A stretch of DNA of 64,000 nucleotides from a virus. Below the pieces are notes generated by a model that was given only the letters and a program-made list of their open reading frames with translations, had not been told where the DNA came from and searched no databases. Positions 29,320 to 38,831 of this stretch are shown one piece after another. Location of the stretch: positions 32,001 through 96,000 of the IMG/VR virus record IMGVR_UViG_3300042527_000802; one strand, given 5' to 3'. The position numbers and the translations under genes are program-made. Position 1 is the stretch's first letter. Every line of letters begins with the position of its first letter.

Positions 29320-31632
29320 ATGAGTAATGATTCCCCGAATGTAAGATATTTTAATAATCAAGCATATATCAGATATAGTAATGGAAGTATATATTTATGT
29401 ACTCCTAATTCATTAGCAACAGATGAATGCATAGAATGCTGCCCAAATACATTTGCTACATTATGGGAGCATCCTAATATTGCATGTTCAAATCCTAGAA
29501 TAACACATCCTATAGATCTATCCAAACCGTATTGGCATTTTCCATCTGGAAATACAAACGGTCAAGTCAACCCTGTCCCAGTACAAGGATTTAACGCTTT
29601 GTGCGGCACTCCTCCACAGACTAATTTATCAAGTAGAATAGAAATTAAAATACCATACGATTCTATATTTAGTGGAACATATGTTTTTGATTGGAGACAA
29701 GGGAATTGGAATTATCAATCTTCATTAAGTAAAACGTCATTATCACCATATCCAGATGCTGGATCTTCTTATTATAATCAAATACTAGTTAGTTTAACAG
29801 AAACTAGTGGCGAACCAACATATAAGGGATACGTAGAGGCTGCAAGACAAACTACGCATACTTCTAATTTGAGCGGAGTATTTGCATATCCCGCTCAATT
29901 TGTATTTACGGCGATGCAAGCACCATCTGATGCTGCTAGTCAAAGTCCATTTCCAACAGGATCAGGACACAGAGCAGTTGTTGGATTTACGTTACCTATC
30001 AGATGGAGGCATGAATATAATGATTGGGTTGTCGTAGATTCGGTAGGACATAAAATTAGTGGCACCAAAACTTCTAATGCGGCCAATACTAACTGGCTAC
30101 CAAGCACAGACTGCTTCCCAAGCGGCTATGCAACATCAAGAAGTGGTCCATATACAGTTGGATTAAGTGGTATAACAAATAGTCCAGCCACGTATGATCT
30201 TTCTAATACTACAACTGCTATAACAGGATCGTGTACCGGATTAGCACATCTTGGTTTTTCTTATAGAACATCAGCAAGCGGATTACCATTTGATAGTACA
30301 ACATATGATACTAAACTTGTTAATTTTTCTGGTATACGACCAAAATTTGGTGGCGCAATCAGTCACGGAGGATCAAATATTAATGAATTAAGATTATTTG
30401 AACCTAAAACACCAATGGAATCATGGCTAACATTCACCTTCTCTTGTAGAACTAGCGGAACAACATGTAATGAATTTGATTATATAACTCCAGTATCAAC
30501 AGGATCAACAAGCATATCTGCTACATGCTTAGGATCTTATATTAATGCTGATTTTGTTTGTATAGATTCTAAAGCTCGTCCTAGCGGTGATTATTTTATT
30601 ACTGAAGGAGTATCAGGACTTAAAGTAGTTTACTCTGGATTACCAGAAAATATACATCCTCTTGTTAAAACAAATTCATCAACAGCAAAATTATTCAAAG
30701 CAGGTTCTGGACAAATGATTTTTGTAGACTATAGCGGAGCATCAACACCAGAAGCCTTACGAGACTGGATAAATAAAGAATTTAATTTTGTAAAAACAGA
30801 TATTAATAATAGTGTAACATATTCATATCCTGGCGTTGATTTATATTGGAATCTTAAAGAATCTGTTATTGTTTCGGGAATAGATGCTAGTAATCTAGGA
30901 TTAGACGGAGTATATTATTTAGCAAATAATCTTGATGCTGGTCTTCTTTATTATTCAAAAGATGCTGGAAATACTTATCCAAGAATATCAATGGATGGAG
31001 GTTGGTGGGTGCTTAATAACGGTACAACCTCTCCATTCGTTTTAGAAAACGTATCATATCCAACTATTCCTGTAGGAACTTGGGGAGATTATACCTCCAC
31101 AGTTGAGTCTCCACCATTAACAAGCGACAATAATAAAACAGCATTTGCTAGACTAATCCCGTGTGATTCTGCTGCTTTTGAATCGCCATTACCAGGAATA
31201 TATTTAATTTCTGTTGATGGCAAGTTTGGATCTGATCCCACAGCTTCTGATCTTATAGGAGCATATGGACACGATTCAACAACTGGTCGATATATTAATG
31301 TTAATAATGGTAATGGAAATTATCAGATGAGATTTATTACAGATAAATGGCATTTAGGAAAAATAGAAAATGGTAATTTTGTTACATACTATGTATTAGA
31401 ATATCTTACTGGTGGTATTCCATTAGATCTATTAAATAGTGCTTTTTTGGATTATAGCAATTATTTACCATCACCAGATTATACTTGGAATACACTACAA
31501 ATTCCTGCAACTTGTAAATCGGCTCCTATTGGAGAATGGACTAGTGCAGGGTACGCTGGAACTGGTGTTGCGGCTAGTCTTAAGGATCCTATTCCTACAG
31601 CATGGAACGCTGGCAATACATGTGGGGCTTAA
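29320..31632 (+). CDS. Large Ser/Thr/Gly-rich probable virion protein
   Basis: 770-aa ORF; shares TP.ALRDW with the 13860 protein. Confidence 0.6.
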   Translation: MSNDSPNVRYFNNQAYIRYSNGSIYLCTPNSLATDECIECCPNTFATLWEHPNIACSNPRITHPIDLSKPYWHFPSGNTNGQVNPVPVQGFNALCGTPPQTNLSSRIEIKIPYDSIFSGTYVFDWRQGNWNYQSSLSKTSLSPYPDAGSSYYNQILVSLTETSGEPTYKGYVEAARQTTHTSNLSGVFAYPAQFVFTAMQAPSDAASQSPFPTGSGHRAVVGFTLPIRWRHEYNDWVVVDSVGHKISGTKTSNAANTNWLPSTDCFPSGYATSRSGPYTVGLSGITNSPATYDLSNTTTAITGSCTGLAHLGFSYRTSASGLPFDSTTYDTKLVNFSGIRPKFGGAISHGGSNINELRLFEPKTPMESWLTFTFSCRTSGTTCNEFDYITPVSTGSTSISATCLGSYINADFVCIDSKARPSGDYFITEGVSGLKVVYSGLPENIHPLVKTNSSTAKLFKAGSGQMIFVDYSGASTPEALRDWINKEFNFVKTDINNSVTYSYPGVDLYWNLKESVIVSGIDASNLGLDGVYYLANNLDAGLLYYSKDAGNTYPRISMDGGWWVLNNGTTSPFVLENVSYPTIPVGTWGDYTSTVESPPLTSDNNKTAFARLIPCDSAAFESPLPGIYLISVDGKFGSDPTASDLIGAYGHDSTTGRYINVNNGNGNYQMRFITDKWHLGKIENGNFVTYYVLEYLTGGIPLDLLNSAFLDYSNYLPSPDYTWNTLQIPATCKSAPIGEWTSAGYAGTGVAASLKDPIPTAWNAGNTCGA

Positions 31633-31634
31633 AA

Positions 31635-31796
31635 ATGAGACTCTTAGATAAAATAGCATTAAATCGTTTAATTAGTATAATTACTAATTTTATACTGGGA
31701 TTAATAAAAATATTTGCTCCAAAATCAGTTGAAGATATAGAAATTCCAAAACCCAAACGTAAAAAAATATTGCCATGGAGAAATAAAGATGAATAA
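31635..31796 (+). CDS. Small amphipathic/basic protein
   Basis: MRLLDKIALNRLISIITNFILGLIKIFAPK...KRKKILPW. Confidence 0.5.
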   Translation: MRLLDKIALNRLISIITNFILGLIKIFAPKSVEDIEIPKPKRKKILPWRNKDE

Positions 31797-32130
31797 ATTA
31801 ATAGGCATATTGCTAATAGGATCAATTTTTGCAACATTTGGTTCTCAGCAATATAATGGATCAACAACAGCTGCTGTTATTTTAGCTGGTGGAATTATTA
31901 AAGCTCAAAATGTAGTAATAGATAAAAAATATAAAAGAAAAGATTGCCCTATATGCAAAGGAAAAGGCTACTATATTAGTGGCGATGGTATAAGTAAAGT
32001 AAATTGTGGATACTGTGAGCCAGATCAAAAAGCAGCCCCAGTAGCATCTAATCCTAAAGTAGTAATACATTCACCAATAACTTTACAACAAAATTGTTTA
32101 TCTGGAACCTGTCAACAGCCTAAAAGGTAA
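31789..32130 (+). CDS. Exported/membrane protein with a CxxCxGxG...CxxC zinc finger
   Basis: N-terminal hydrophobic segment; CPICKGKG...CGYC. Confidence 0.6.
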   Translation: MNKLIGILLIGSIFATFGSQQYNGSTTAAVILAGGIIKAQNVVIDKKYKRKDCPICKGKGYYISGDGISKVNCGYCEPDQKAAPVASNPKVVIHSPITLQQNCLSGTCQQPKR

Positions 32131-32133
32131 TAT

Positions 32134-32532
32134 ATGAATAATGATAATCCAAAACTTAATGCTATAGCATCAAAGGTACTTCAACAATCTAATATACCAG
32201 AAGATCAAAAATTTGGTAGTGTTATAGCTATTTTAATGATGGTTAGTATTATATTAACCGTTATTAGAGTTTTACAGGAATGCAATAAAAATAAAACTCA
32301 AAATATGACAGCTCATGATAAGTGTGCTATTTATGGAGAAAATATTAGGTCATATAGTAAAAAAAGAGGATGGTTTACCAGGATGCGCATTAAACGTATA
32401 GTTAAAAAACAATTAAACTCATCAGAAGATTTTAATAAATATGGTATTAAAATTACAGAAGCATTGTTAGATACAGGAGAAAATCTCAAGGATGATGAAG
32501 TTTCAACACTAGTGGAGGCTGCAAATGTTTAA
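32134..32532 (+). CDS. Single-TM protein
   Basis: FGSVIAILMMVSIILTVIRVL. Confidence 0.6.
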   Translation: MNNDNPKLNAIASKVLQQSNIPEDQKFGSVIAILMMVSIILTVIRVLQECNKNKTQNMTAHDKCAIYGENIRSYSKKRGWFTRMRIKRIVKKQLNSSEDFNKYGIKITEALLDTGENLKDDEVSTLVEAANV

Positions 32533-32770
32533 TTTATTAATATGGGCTGTTTATGGTCTATTTGTTGGTAGTATTGCCAAATCTTTAGTTCCTGGTGAAG
32601 AGAATTTTGGCTTTGTTAAAACCGTAGCACTAGGAGTAGCAGGATCTTATATGGGAGGCGCCATCCTCTATCTGATAGGGTCATATAATAGTTTGAGTCC
32701 AGCGGGGCTTTTCATGGGTGTTGCAGGATCTGTGCTAGCACTGGTTCTGTATAATAAACTCAATAAGTAA
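32525..32770 (+). CDS. GlsB/YeaQ/YmgE (transglycosylase-associated) membrane protein
   Basis: GLFVGSIAKSLVPG...TVALGVAGSYMGG...GVAGSVLALVLY. Confidence 0.8.
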   Translation: MFNLLIWAVYGLFVGSIAKSLVPGEENFGFVKTVALGVAGSYMGGAILYLIGSYNSLSPAGLFMGVAGSVLALVLYNKLNK

Positions 32771-32787
32771 AAACTGTCTCAACCCTA

Positions 32788-32815
32788 TTGACTTTTTCAT
32801 TGGTTCATGTAATAT
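32788..32815 (+). promoter_or_regulatory. Sigma70-like promoter TTGACT-N16-TAATAT
   Basis: Intergenic; the -10 element ends 7 nt before the ATG at 32822, which has no SD. Confidence 0.6.
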
Positions 32816-32821
32816 AACTGC

Positions 32822-33289
32822 ATGAGACCACAATGGACTGATTATTTTCTCGGTTTGGCTAAAGTTGTTTCTCAACGTAGTCACGATATTCATACGCAAC
32901 ATGGTTGTGTAATTACAGATTCTCATAATAGAATCTTAGGAGCAGGATATAATGGCTTCCCAAAGGGCCTAGATGATACTGCTTTACCAACACACAGGCC
33001 AGACAAATATCAATGGATGGTACATGCAGAAAGAAACGCATTAAGCAATTGTGTGGTAAGGCCAGATAATGGAATAGCATACGTCACCGGCCAATCGTGC
33101 AACGACTGTATAACAGCCTTATGGCAAGAAGGAATAAAAAAAGTTTACATGACAGATGATCATGGAACTTTATTATTTGATAAGGCAGCAAAAGAAAGAT
33201 TTGATACTTTTGTAAAAATGAGTGGTATTGAAATAGTATATTGCAAACCAAATCTAGATTGGCTGAGACATTTGATCGGTGTATTATGA
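32822..33289 (+). CDS. dCMP deaminase (ComEB-like)
   Basis: RP.W..YF, GCVI, GYNGFP, HAERNA, SCNDC. Confidence 0.9.
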   Translation: MRPQWTDYFLGLAKVVSQRSHDIHTQHGCVITDSHNRILGAGYNGFPKGLDDTALPTHRPDKYQWMVHAERNALSNCVVRPDNGIAYVTGQSCNDCITALWQEGIKKVYMTDDHGTLLFDKAAKERFDTFVKMSGIEIVYCKPNLDWLRHLIGVL

Positions 33290-33441
33290 TTTTACCATTA
33301 TTTACATTTTACGTTTCCATATTTTTTTATTTGATCCAAAGATGGCTAAATTCTTCAAATATAGAAATGATAAATTTATCGTTTCAGGCCACTGTAATTC
33401 TAGGGATCATTTCAATACTTAATATCCTCAATAGGAGATAA
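33286..33441 (+). CDS. Small two-TM protein
   Basis: ATGA coupling; two hydrophobic segments. Confidence 0.5.
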   Translation: MILPLFTFYVSIFFYLIQRWLNSSNIEMINLSFQATVILGIISILNILNRR

Positions 33442-33442
33442 T

Positions 33443-35638
33443 ATGTCCGCACTTCAAGAACTTCAAAATTATACATTTGTTAGTAAGTATGCTCGTTGGA
33501 TAGAAAAAGAAAATCGCAGAGAAACTTGGAAAGAAGCAGTTGATCGTGTGCGTAACATGATGCATACTCAATATGCTGATTTTGATATTAAAACCGATAT
33601 TGATTGGGCATATGATATGATGTATAAGAAAAAGGTTCTTGGCTCACAAAGAGCATTGCAGTTCGGTGGAGACCCAATCTTAAAAAGACACGCCAAGATT
33701 TACAACTGCACAAGTTCATATTGTGACAGACTAAGATTTTTCCAAGAATGTTTCTGGTTATTGCTTTGCGGTAGCGGTACAGGATTCAGTGTACAAAAAC
33801 ACCATGTTGCTAAGCTTCCAACTTTAGAACATGAAGTTGATGAAAACACTATTGGAGTAAAATATACTATTGATGATAGCATTGAAGGCTGGGCAGACGC
33901 TCTAGGCGTTCTTCTTAGTAGTTATTCCAGCAAGCCAATTGAAGAATTTAAAATGTACAAGAATAGTTATGTGGTATTTGACTATTCAAACATCAGAGCA
34001 AAAGGTTCCAATCTAGCAAGTGGAGTTGGCAAGGCTCCTGGATTTGAACCATTACAAAATGGCTTAGAAAAAATAAGAACATTACTAGATCGTTGTATTA
34101 AAGATGGTCAGAAGAAACTAAGACCAGTTGATGCTTATGATATTATTATGCATAGTAGCGATGCTGTATTAAGTGGTGGAGTAAGGCGTTCTGCTAGTTT
34201 AGCATTGTTTAGTCATAATGATGAAGAAATGGCAAAGGCTAAAACTGGAAATTGGTATGTAGAAAATCCACAAAGAGCACGAAGCAATAATTCTGCTTTA
34301 TTACTGAAAGACGATACCACATTCGAAGAATTCCAAACACTTATGAATAGCGTTAAAGAGTTTGGTGAACCAGGATTTATTTGGAGCGATTCTACAGAGA
34401 TGACATTTAATCCATGTGTAGAAGTAGGTATGTGGCCTGTTGATGAAGAAAGTGGAAAGAGTGGATGGCAAGGATGCAATCTTACTACCATTAATTGTTC
34501 ATCCATAGAAGATGAAGATGATTTCTACGAAAGATGCAAGGCTGCTGCTATCATAGGAACATTACAAGCAGGTTTTACCAAACTAGATTATTTAGGAGAC
34601 ATTAGTTGCAAGATCTTTGCTAGAGAAGCTTTACTAGGAGTATCATTAACTGGTACTATGGAAAAGCACGATCTGGTATTATCAGAGAAGGTCTTACGCA
34701 ATGGTGCAAAAATTGCTGTTGATACCAATAAGCTTATGGCAAAAGCTATAAAAATAAATCAAGCAGCAAGAGTAACTTGTTTAAAGCCAGAAGGAACAAG
34801 TAGTAGTATGCTTGGCACTAGTTCGGGAATTCATCCTCATCATGCCAAGAGATATATACGTCATGTACAAGCCAATATTTTAGAGGCGCCTTATCAACAC
34901 TTCAAAAAAGTAAATGAGCAGGCTTGTGAAAAATCGCGTTGGTCTGCGAATAATACTGATGAGGTTATTAAATTTCCAATAGAAGTGCCAGATGGTGCAA
35001 AACTAAAGAATCAATTACCAGCAGTAGAAATGCTCTCTGTTGTTAAAGATACTCAGAAAAATTGGGTTCAGTCTGGAAAGAACAGATCATTATGCACACA
35101 AGAGTATTTGAGCCATAATGTTAGCAACACCGTAACTGTTAAACCAGATGAATGGGATGATGTTACCAAATATATCTACGATAATCGTAAATATTTTGCT
35201 GGCATTAGTCTTATTCCACAAAGCGGAGATAAAGATTATCCTCAAGCACCATTTACAACCGTTTATACAAGCAGAGAAATTGTAAAAGAATACGGAGATG
35301 CTGCGCTATGGTGTTCTGGTCTAATTGAACTAGCACTAAATGCTTTTGATAATAATCTATGGGCAGCATGTGACTATGTTACTTTAAATCAAGCAAATAA
35401 AGATGACAATGAATCAAAATTAATGTTTGTTACTAAAATGAAAAATTTTGCTGGTAAATATTTTGAAGGAGATACCAGAAGATTAACATATTGTATGAAA
35501 GATGTTTATAATTGGAAAATTTATTGCGATCTATTCAATACTTTTAATAAGGTAGATTATACACAACTAAAAGAGCATGAAGATAACACTGCTGGAATAG
35601 AAGAAATTAGTTGCGCCGGAGGAGCCTGTCTAATTTAA
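33443..35638 (+). CDS. nrdJ: Class II (B12-dependent, monomeric RTPR-type) ribonucleotide reductase
   Basis: YNC, GSGTGFSV, GGVRRSA, NPCVEV, GCNLTTIN, KPEGTSS, C-terminal CAGGAC. Confidence 0.92.
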   Translation: MSALQELQNYTFVSKYARWIEKENRRETWKEAVDRVRNMMHTQYADFDIKTDIDWAYDMMYKKKVLGSQRALQFGGDPILKRHAKIYNCTSSYCDRLRFFQECFWLLLCGSGTGFSVQKHHVAKLPTLEHEVDENTIGVKYTIDDSIEGWADALGVLLSSYSSKPIEEFKMYKNSYVVFDYSNIRAKGSNLASGVGKAPGFEPLQNGLEKIRTLLDRCIKDGQKKLRPVDAYDIIMHSSDAVLSGGVRRSASLALFSHNDEEMAKAKTGNWYVENPQRARSNNSALLLKDDTTFEEFQTLMNSVKEFGEPGFIWSDSTEMTFNPCVEVGMWPVDEESGKSGWQGCNLTTINCSSIEDEDDFYERCKAAAIIGTLQAGFTKLDYLGDISCKIFAREALLGVSLTGTMEKHDLVLSEKVLRNGAKIAVDTNKLMAKAIKINQAARVTCLKPEGTSSSMLGTSSGIHPHHAKRYIRHVQANILEAPYQHFKKVNEQACEKSRWSANNTDEVIKFPIEVPDGAKLKNQLPAVEMLSVVKDTQKNWVQSGKNRSLCTQEYLSHNVSNTVTVKPDEWDDVTKYIYDNRKYFAGISLIPQSGDKDYPQAPFTTVYTSREIVKEYGDAALWCSGLIELALNAFDNNLWAACDYVTLNQANKDDNESKLMFVTKMKNFAGKYFEGDTRRLTYCMKDVYNWKIYCDLFNTFNKVDYTQLKEHEDNTAGIEEISCAGGACLI

Positions 35639-35651
35639 AATGTAAAGATAA

Positions 35652-35659
35652 GGTGTATA
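35652..35659 (+). promoter_or_regulatory. GGTGTATA candidate phage-sigma promoter
   Basis: Intergenic, upstream of phoH. Confidence 0.5.
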
Positions 35660-35703
35660 ATATAGTATTATATTTGTAACCTTTTCTTACAGAAAGATAT
35701 AAC

Positions 35704-36438
35704 TTGAGAAAAAAAAATACAAAAAAGAAGAAAGTTATAGATGCAACAAATAATCTCAAACCAATCAATGAAGGGGCTGCAGCATATAGAAATAGATTAA
35801 AACCAAGAAGTGAAAATCAAAAAGAATACATCAGGACTGTAGCAGAAAATACTATTACGTTTTGTCAAGGATTAGCTGGTAGTGGTAAAACACATATAGC
35901 TATTGGAATGGCTATAGAATATCTATTAGATAATAAAATATCAAAAATAGTTATTACTAGACCAATTGTTGAAGCAGGAGAAAAGATGGGATATCTCCCA
36001 GGCTCTGCTGAAGAAAAAATTCATCCTTACTTATTACCGCTAATAGATGAAATAAATCACTTTATTTCTCCAGCAATGTATGCTTCTTTAAAATTAAATA
36101 ATAAGATTGAAATTGTTCCATTAGGATTAATGAGAGGACGAAGTTTTCACAATTGTTTTATAGTAGCGGATGAATGTCAGAATTCATCATATGATCAACT
36201 TAAAATGTTAATCACTAGAATTGGACAGAATAGCAAGATGGTTCTTACTGGTGACGTTCATCAGTCAGACTTGTCAAGACATTTACAAGGTGGTTTTTTA
36301 CAAATAATAAAATCTTTAGAAGGATTAGAAGGCATAGGAGTAGCAAAACTAGATAGTTCAGACATAGTACGAAATGCTATTATTGGCAGAATATTATCTA
36401 GGCTTGACCAATTAGAAAATGGGAATACACAATACTAG
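35704..36438 (+). CDS. phoH: PhoH-family ATPase
   Basis: GLAGSGKT, ITRP.VEAGE.MGYLPG, MRGRSF, DECQN, TRIG..SKMVLTGD..QSDL. Confidence 0.93.
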   Translation: MRKKNTKKKKVIDATNNLKPINEGAAAYRNRLKPRSENQKEYIRTVAENTITFCQGLAGSGKTHIAIGMAIEYLLDNKISKIVITRPIVEAGEKMGYLPGSAEEKIHPYLLPLIDEINHFISPAMYASLKLNNKIEIVPLGLMRGRSFHNCFIVADECQNSSYDQLKMLITRIGQNSKMVLTGDVHQSDLSRHLQGGFLQIIKSLEGLEGIGVAKLDSSDIVRNAIIGRILSRLDQLENGNTQY

Positions 36439-37003
36439 ATGCTTATTACTAAATTCTGACTATAGCCCACTTACTATTATTGGTTGGCAAAGAGCTTTAG
36501 TATGGTCTATTAAATATAGTGATAATCCGTCCTATGGAATAGAAATCATAGATTTTTATAAAAATGATTTTATTCAAGGTGCGTGTGGTAAAAAATATCC
36601 TGTCCCAGCAGTTGCTAAAACCAAAAAATTCTTTAAACGAGCAAATAATAGTGTAGTTTTTTCCAGAAAAAATATATACATAAGAGACAATTATACTTGT
36701 CAATACTGTAATACAAAATTGGATCCATCACAATTAACTTATGATCATGTTATTCCAAAATCTAAATGGACAGATAATAATAGATCTCCAACTAATTGGA
36801 CCAATATAACTACTGCTTGCATAAAATGTAATAGGAAAAAAGGTAACAAAACACCAAAACAAGCAAATATGACAATTAAAAATTTTCCTTTTACTCCAGA
36901 TAAGACGGACAAATACTTGCCAGTTGTCCACTTATTGTCTAGAATAAAGCATGAGATCCCTGATGAGTGGTCGTTGTATCTTCCAGATTCCTATCTAAAA
37001 TAG
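36419..37003 (+). CDS. HNH endonuclease (McrA-like)
   Basis: LLLNSDYSPL, RKNIYIRDNYTCQYC, TYDHVIPKS, WTNITTACIKCNRKKGNKTP. Confidence 0.88.
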   Translation: MGIHNTRCLLLNSDYSPLTIIGWQRALVWSIKYSDNPSYGIEIIDFYKNDFIQGACGKKYPVPAVAKTKKFFKRANNSVVFSRKNIYIRDNYTCQYCNTKLDPSQLTYDHVIPKSKWTDNNRSPTNWTNITTACIKCNRKKGNKTPKQANMTIKNFPFTPDKTDKYLPVVHLLSRIKHEIPDEWSLYLPDSYLK

Positions 37004-37004
37004 T

Positions 37005-37349
37005 ATGCCAACATATTCGTATCATTGTAATAGCTGCAAAAAAGATTTTGAGCTGTTTTTTTATATCAAAGATTATATTCCAGACCCATCCTGCGTATAT
37101 TGTAATAAAAAACAATCAGAAAGAAGATATGTAGACGATGTATTAAGCCAGAATACGTCTGTAAAAAAATCTGATTCAGAACTAAAGACTGTGGGAGATT
37201 TAGCAAATAGGAACAGAGATAGATTAAGCGATGATCAAAAGGCCGAGCTAAATCGTAAGCATAACGAGTATAAAGACACAGAAGTAGAGAAGGCTCTACC
37301 AAAAGGTATGACAAGACTTAAGAAACAACCAAAAATTAAATGGACATAA
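37005..37349 (+). CDS. FmdB-family zinc-ribbon protein
   Basis: MPTYSYHCNSC...CVYC. Confidence 0.75.
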   Translation: MPTYSYHCNSCKKDFELFFYIKDYIPDPSCVYCNKKQSERRYVDDVLSQNTSVKKSDSELKTVGDLANRNRDRLSDDQKAELNRKHNEYKDTEVEKALPKGMTRLKKQPKIKWT

Positions 37350-37350
37350 A

Positions 37351-37725
37351 ATGAGTAACGATAATAATGAATCTGCTATCGATCCTGATCTTATTAAAGA
37401 GCTTAATAATATCCAATCAATGGATGATGATAAGTTTAAAGAATGGATAGGACAGAAAGAATTAGACTTACCAGAAGCTGAAAGTATAAAAAAGCTAATC
37501 GATTGCCAGCACGAAATAGTATTTACTATTACTGGTAATGTACTATCTCAAAATGATAAGGGAGAAATCATTGGATTGAAAGAAATGTGTAAAAAAAACT
37601 TTCATATACCAGTTCCAACAAATAGAGACTATAAAAAATATATGAGAAGATTTTTTGAATACTTGGAAAGTAACCTATTGCAGACAATATCGGACACTAA
37701 CGAAAAAGAAGAAAATAATGAATAA
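37351..37725 (+). CDS. Hypothetical protein
   Basis: ORF in tightly packed operon. Confidence 0.55.
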   Translation: MSNDNNESAIDPDLIKELNNIQSMDDDKFKEWIGQKELDLPEAESIKKLIDCQHEIVFTITGNVLSQNDKGEIIGLKEMCKKNFHIPVPTNRDYKKYMRRFFEYLESNLLQTISDTNEKEENNE

Positions 37726-38095
37726 TTCATTTATACACGAGCATTCAAAGACAACACAATCAGAAATTAATAATTATTATTCTACTATAAATAGTTATGA
37801 TTTTATTGATGAAGAAAATAATCCAAGAATCAAAAAAGAAAATGATCAACGAGTACTAGCAAAGGCAAAATCAAGGCCAGATAGTACTGTTAAATATTTG
37901 ATCAAGCTAGATAATATGAAAAATCTTTATAATCCATTGCTACCTCTTTCAGAGAATAAGCAATCAACCCTATATGAAGATAAGGCATATATACCGTTCA
38001 AAGAAGTAAGTAAACCAGTATTCGACATGTATATAACTTTTTTAAGAACTCTTAATCCTGTATGGATTAGAAATGCAGAAAGGGAAGGATTTTAA
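37718..38095 (+). CDS. Hypothetical protein
   Basis: ORF track 37655; the ATG at 37718 is more plausible. Confidence 0.55.
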   Translation: MNNSFIHEHSKTTQSEINNYYSTINSYDFIDEENNPRIKKENDQRVLAKAKSRPDSTVKYLIKLDNMKNLYNPLLPLSENKQSTLYEDKAYIPFKEVSKPVFDMYITFLRTLNPVWIRNAEREGF

Positions 38096-38428
38096 ATGGC
38101 TAGAATCAATAAGACTCAAACATATGCAATAAGATGGCTTAATTCACAAGGTCTTACTAACGAAAAAATTGCAGAAGAGTTGGATCTAAATATAGAACAA
38201 GTACAAAAAACTATAGAAAAATTTACTATAGCATCTAATGAGCAACAAGTAACAACAGCAAGTTCGCCAGTCAACAATCCAATGATTACTAAAACTTCTG
38301 GCAAAGGAATCAACAACGTAGCCATTATGACAAAGGAAGCAGCAGAACAGCATGATGCCAATAGAGCAAAATTTACTTCATCATCACAAACAAGCAAGGC
38401 AATTTTCAGACCCAAAAAAAATGGATAA
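38096..38428 (+). CDS. HTH DNA-binding protein
   Basis: QGLTNEKIAEELDLNIEQVQK; SD GGAAGG. Confidence 0.6.
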   Translation: MARINKTQTYAIRWLNSQGLTNEKIAEELDLNIEQVQKTIEKFTIASNEQQVTTASSPVNNPMITKTSGKGINNVAIMTKEAAEQHDANRAKFTSSSQTSKAIFRPKKNG

Positions 38429-38831
38429 GTTTGCTTCTAAGTATTCTAATGGCAAATCCGTCTCAGCCGCTCAATATATCACGGAACTAATCTGTGAAAG
38501 CAAAGCAAAAAAAGATAAAAAGGATTTACATTATAGATTTTGGACTACTAAATACTGGGAAAGATATTATAAGGATCAAATAGCAACAGCATATAAACTA
38601 TTAAAAAAATATGAAGCTAAAGCTATAATAAACGCTCTGAGAAGTGATAAGGGGCAAAAAATCTATTCTTTGCGTGCTCCATTTTTGGAGCCTATCATAG
38701 AACAGATGGCAGACAAGATAAAATCAGAGAACACAGTTTTATCCAAAGAGCTTGATAGAACTGAAAAAAAGACATTCAGGAATAACCATCAGAAGTCCAA
38801 TATCATATCAAAACTTAAGGATTTAGAATAA
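38421..38831 (+). CDS. Hypothetical protein
   Basis: ORF track 38352; ATG at 38421; stop coupled to recA. Confidence 0.55.
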   Translation: MDKFASKYSNGKSVSAAQYITELICESKAKKDKKDLHYRFWTTKYWERYYKDQIATAYKLLKKYEAKAIINALRSDKGQKIYSLRAPFLEPIIEQMADKIKSENTVLSKELDRTEKKTFRNNHQKSNIISKLKDLE

